NCBI RefSeq assembly: GCF_000142905.1
Contig: NW_013657671.1
Span: forward strand, 124,001 to 188,000
Direction of reading: 5' to 3'
DNA: 64,000 nucleotides
Source: Thecamonas trahens ATCC 50062
Lineage: Eukaryota > Protista > Apusomonadida
Every line of letters starts with the position of its first letter. Positions within the stretch are counted from its first letter, which is position 1. Shown here piece after piece: positions 63,622-64,000 of the stretch. The notes under the pieces are model-generated. The model ran no database searches, was not told the origin of the DNA, and was given only the letters and a program-made list of their open reading frames with translations. Made by a program: the position numbers and the translations under genes.

Positions 63622-64000
63622 TCACTTGCTCGCCTCGCAGGGCAAGATCAGTGCCGCAGGGATGAGGTCGGTCATGCCAAAGATGTCGGTGAGCGCGCTG
63701 ACGACGAAACTAGCCTTGTCGTCACCATCTCCGGCCTCGCGGACTACGGTCTCGACGTCGTGGGCACGACCAGGGCTCTTCGAGTTGGCAGTGATCACAA
63801 CAACAGCTTGCCCGTCAGTTGAGACCTTCACTGTGTGCTCGATGCCTGGATCGGTGCTGCGTCGCTGGCGGACAACAAGCATGCGCGAGAAGATGGATTC
63901 GGTCATGAGCCACTGGTTGAGGTCGGCAAACTCGCCCAGCTCGACCGGGATCGGACGGAAGACGTACCCCGGCACCAGAGAGGGATCGTCACTCGAAGCA
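63622..64000 (-). CDS. 3' end of a hypothetical protein that begins beyond the right edge
   Basis: The minus frame is open to the window edge with coding-like codon usage and converges on the FANCI stop; no family recognised. Confidence 0.55.
   Translation of the reverse strand, partial: ASSDDPSLVPGYVFRPIPVELGEFADLNQWLMTESIFSRMLVVRQRRSTDPGIEHTVKVSTDGQAVVVITANSKSPGRAHDVETVVREAGDGDDKASFVVSALTDIFGMTDLIPAALILPCEASK

Overview
GC-rich, very gene-dense and intron-poor eukaryotic nuclear DNA from a flagellated protist. The style (high GC, short introns with GTACG-type donors, IFT27, alpha-actinin, FANCI) suggests an apusomonad such as Thecamonas; this is inference only. About 24 protein-coding genes can be supported. 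I found no rRNA, tRNA, CRISPR array or transposon. Recognisable genes: TMX-like thioredoxin, glycerate kinase, IFT27, TMEM104-like transporter, ataxin-10, a mitochondrial pyruvate carrier, TRM6, UBAC1-like, a pepsin-family protease, NOG2, ALDH3 and FANCI. The most unusual items are: (1) a calcineurin-A-type phosphatase fused to its own calmodulin-like EF-hand module and a SUMO/ubiquitin-like domain, which the ORF track misses because it runs off the left edge; (2) an alpha-actinin with about 10 spectrin repeats formed by duplication of a 4-repeat block; (3) a roughly 5,000-aa coiled-coil protein ending in PH and PDZ domains, split in the ORF track by introns and a 1-nt frameshift; (4) a type II membrane protein with FAM20/Four-jointed-like kinase motifs; (5) a protein with eight 'ECTFxPxI' repeats. 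Five genes show apparent single-base deletions, all in the same direction, most likely sequencing errors. Convergent genes sit stop-to-stop with gaps of 51 bp or less in most cases, and one pair overlaps by 4 nt. All domain calls come from motif recognition by eye; no database search was run.
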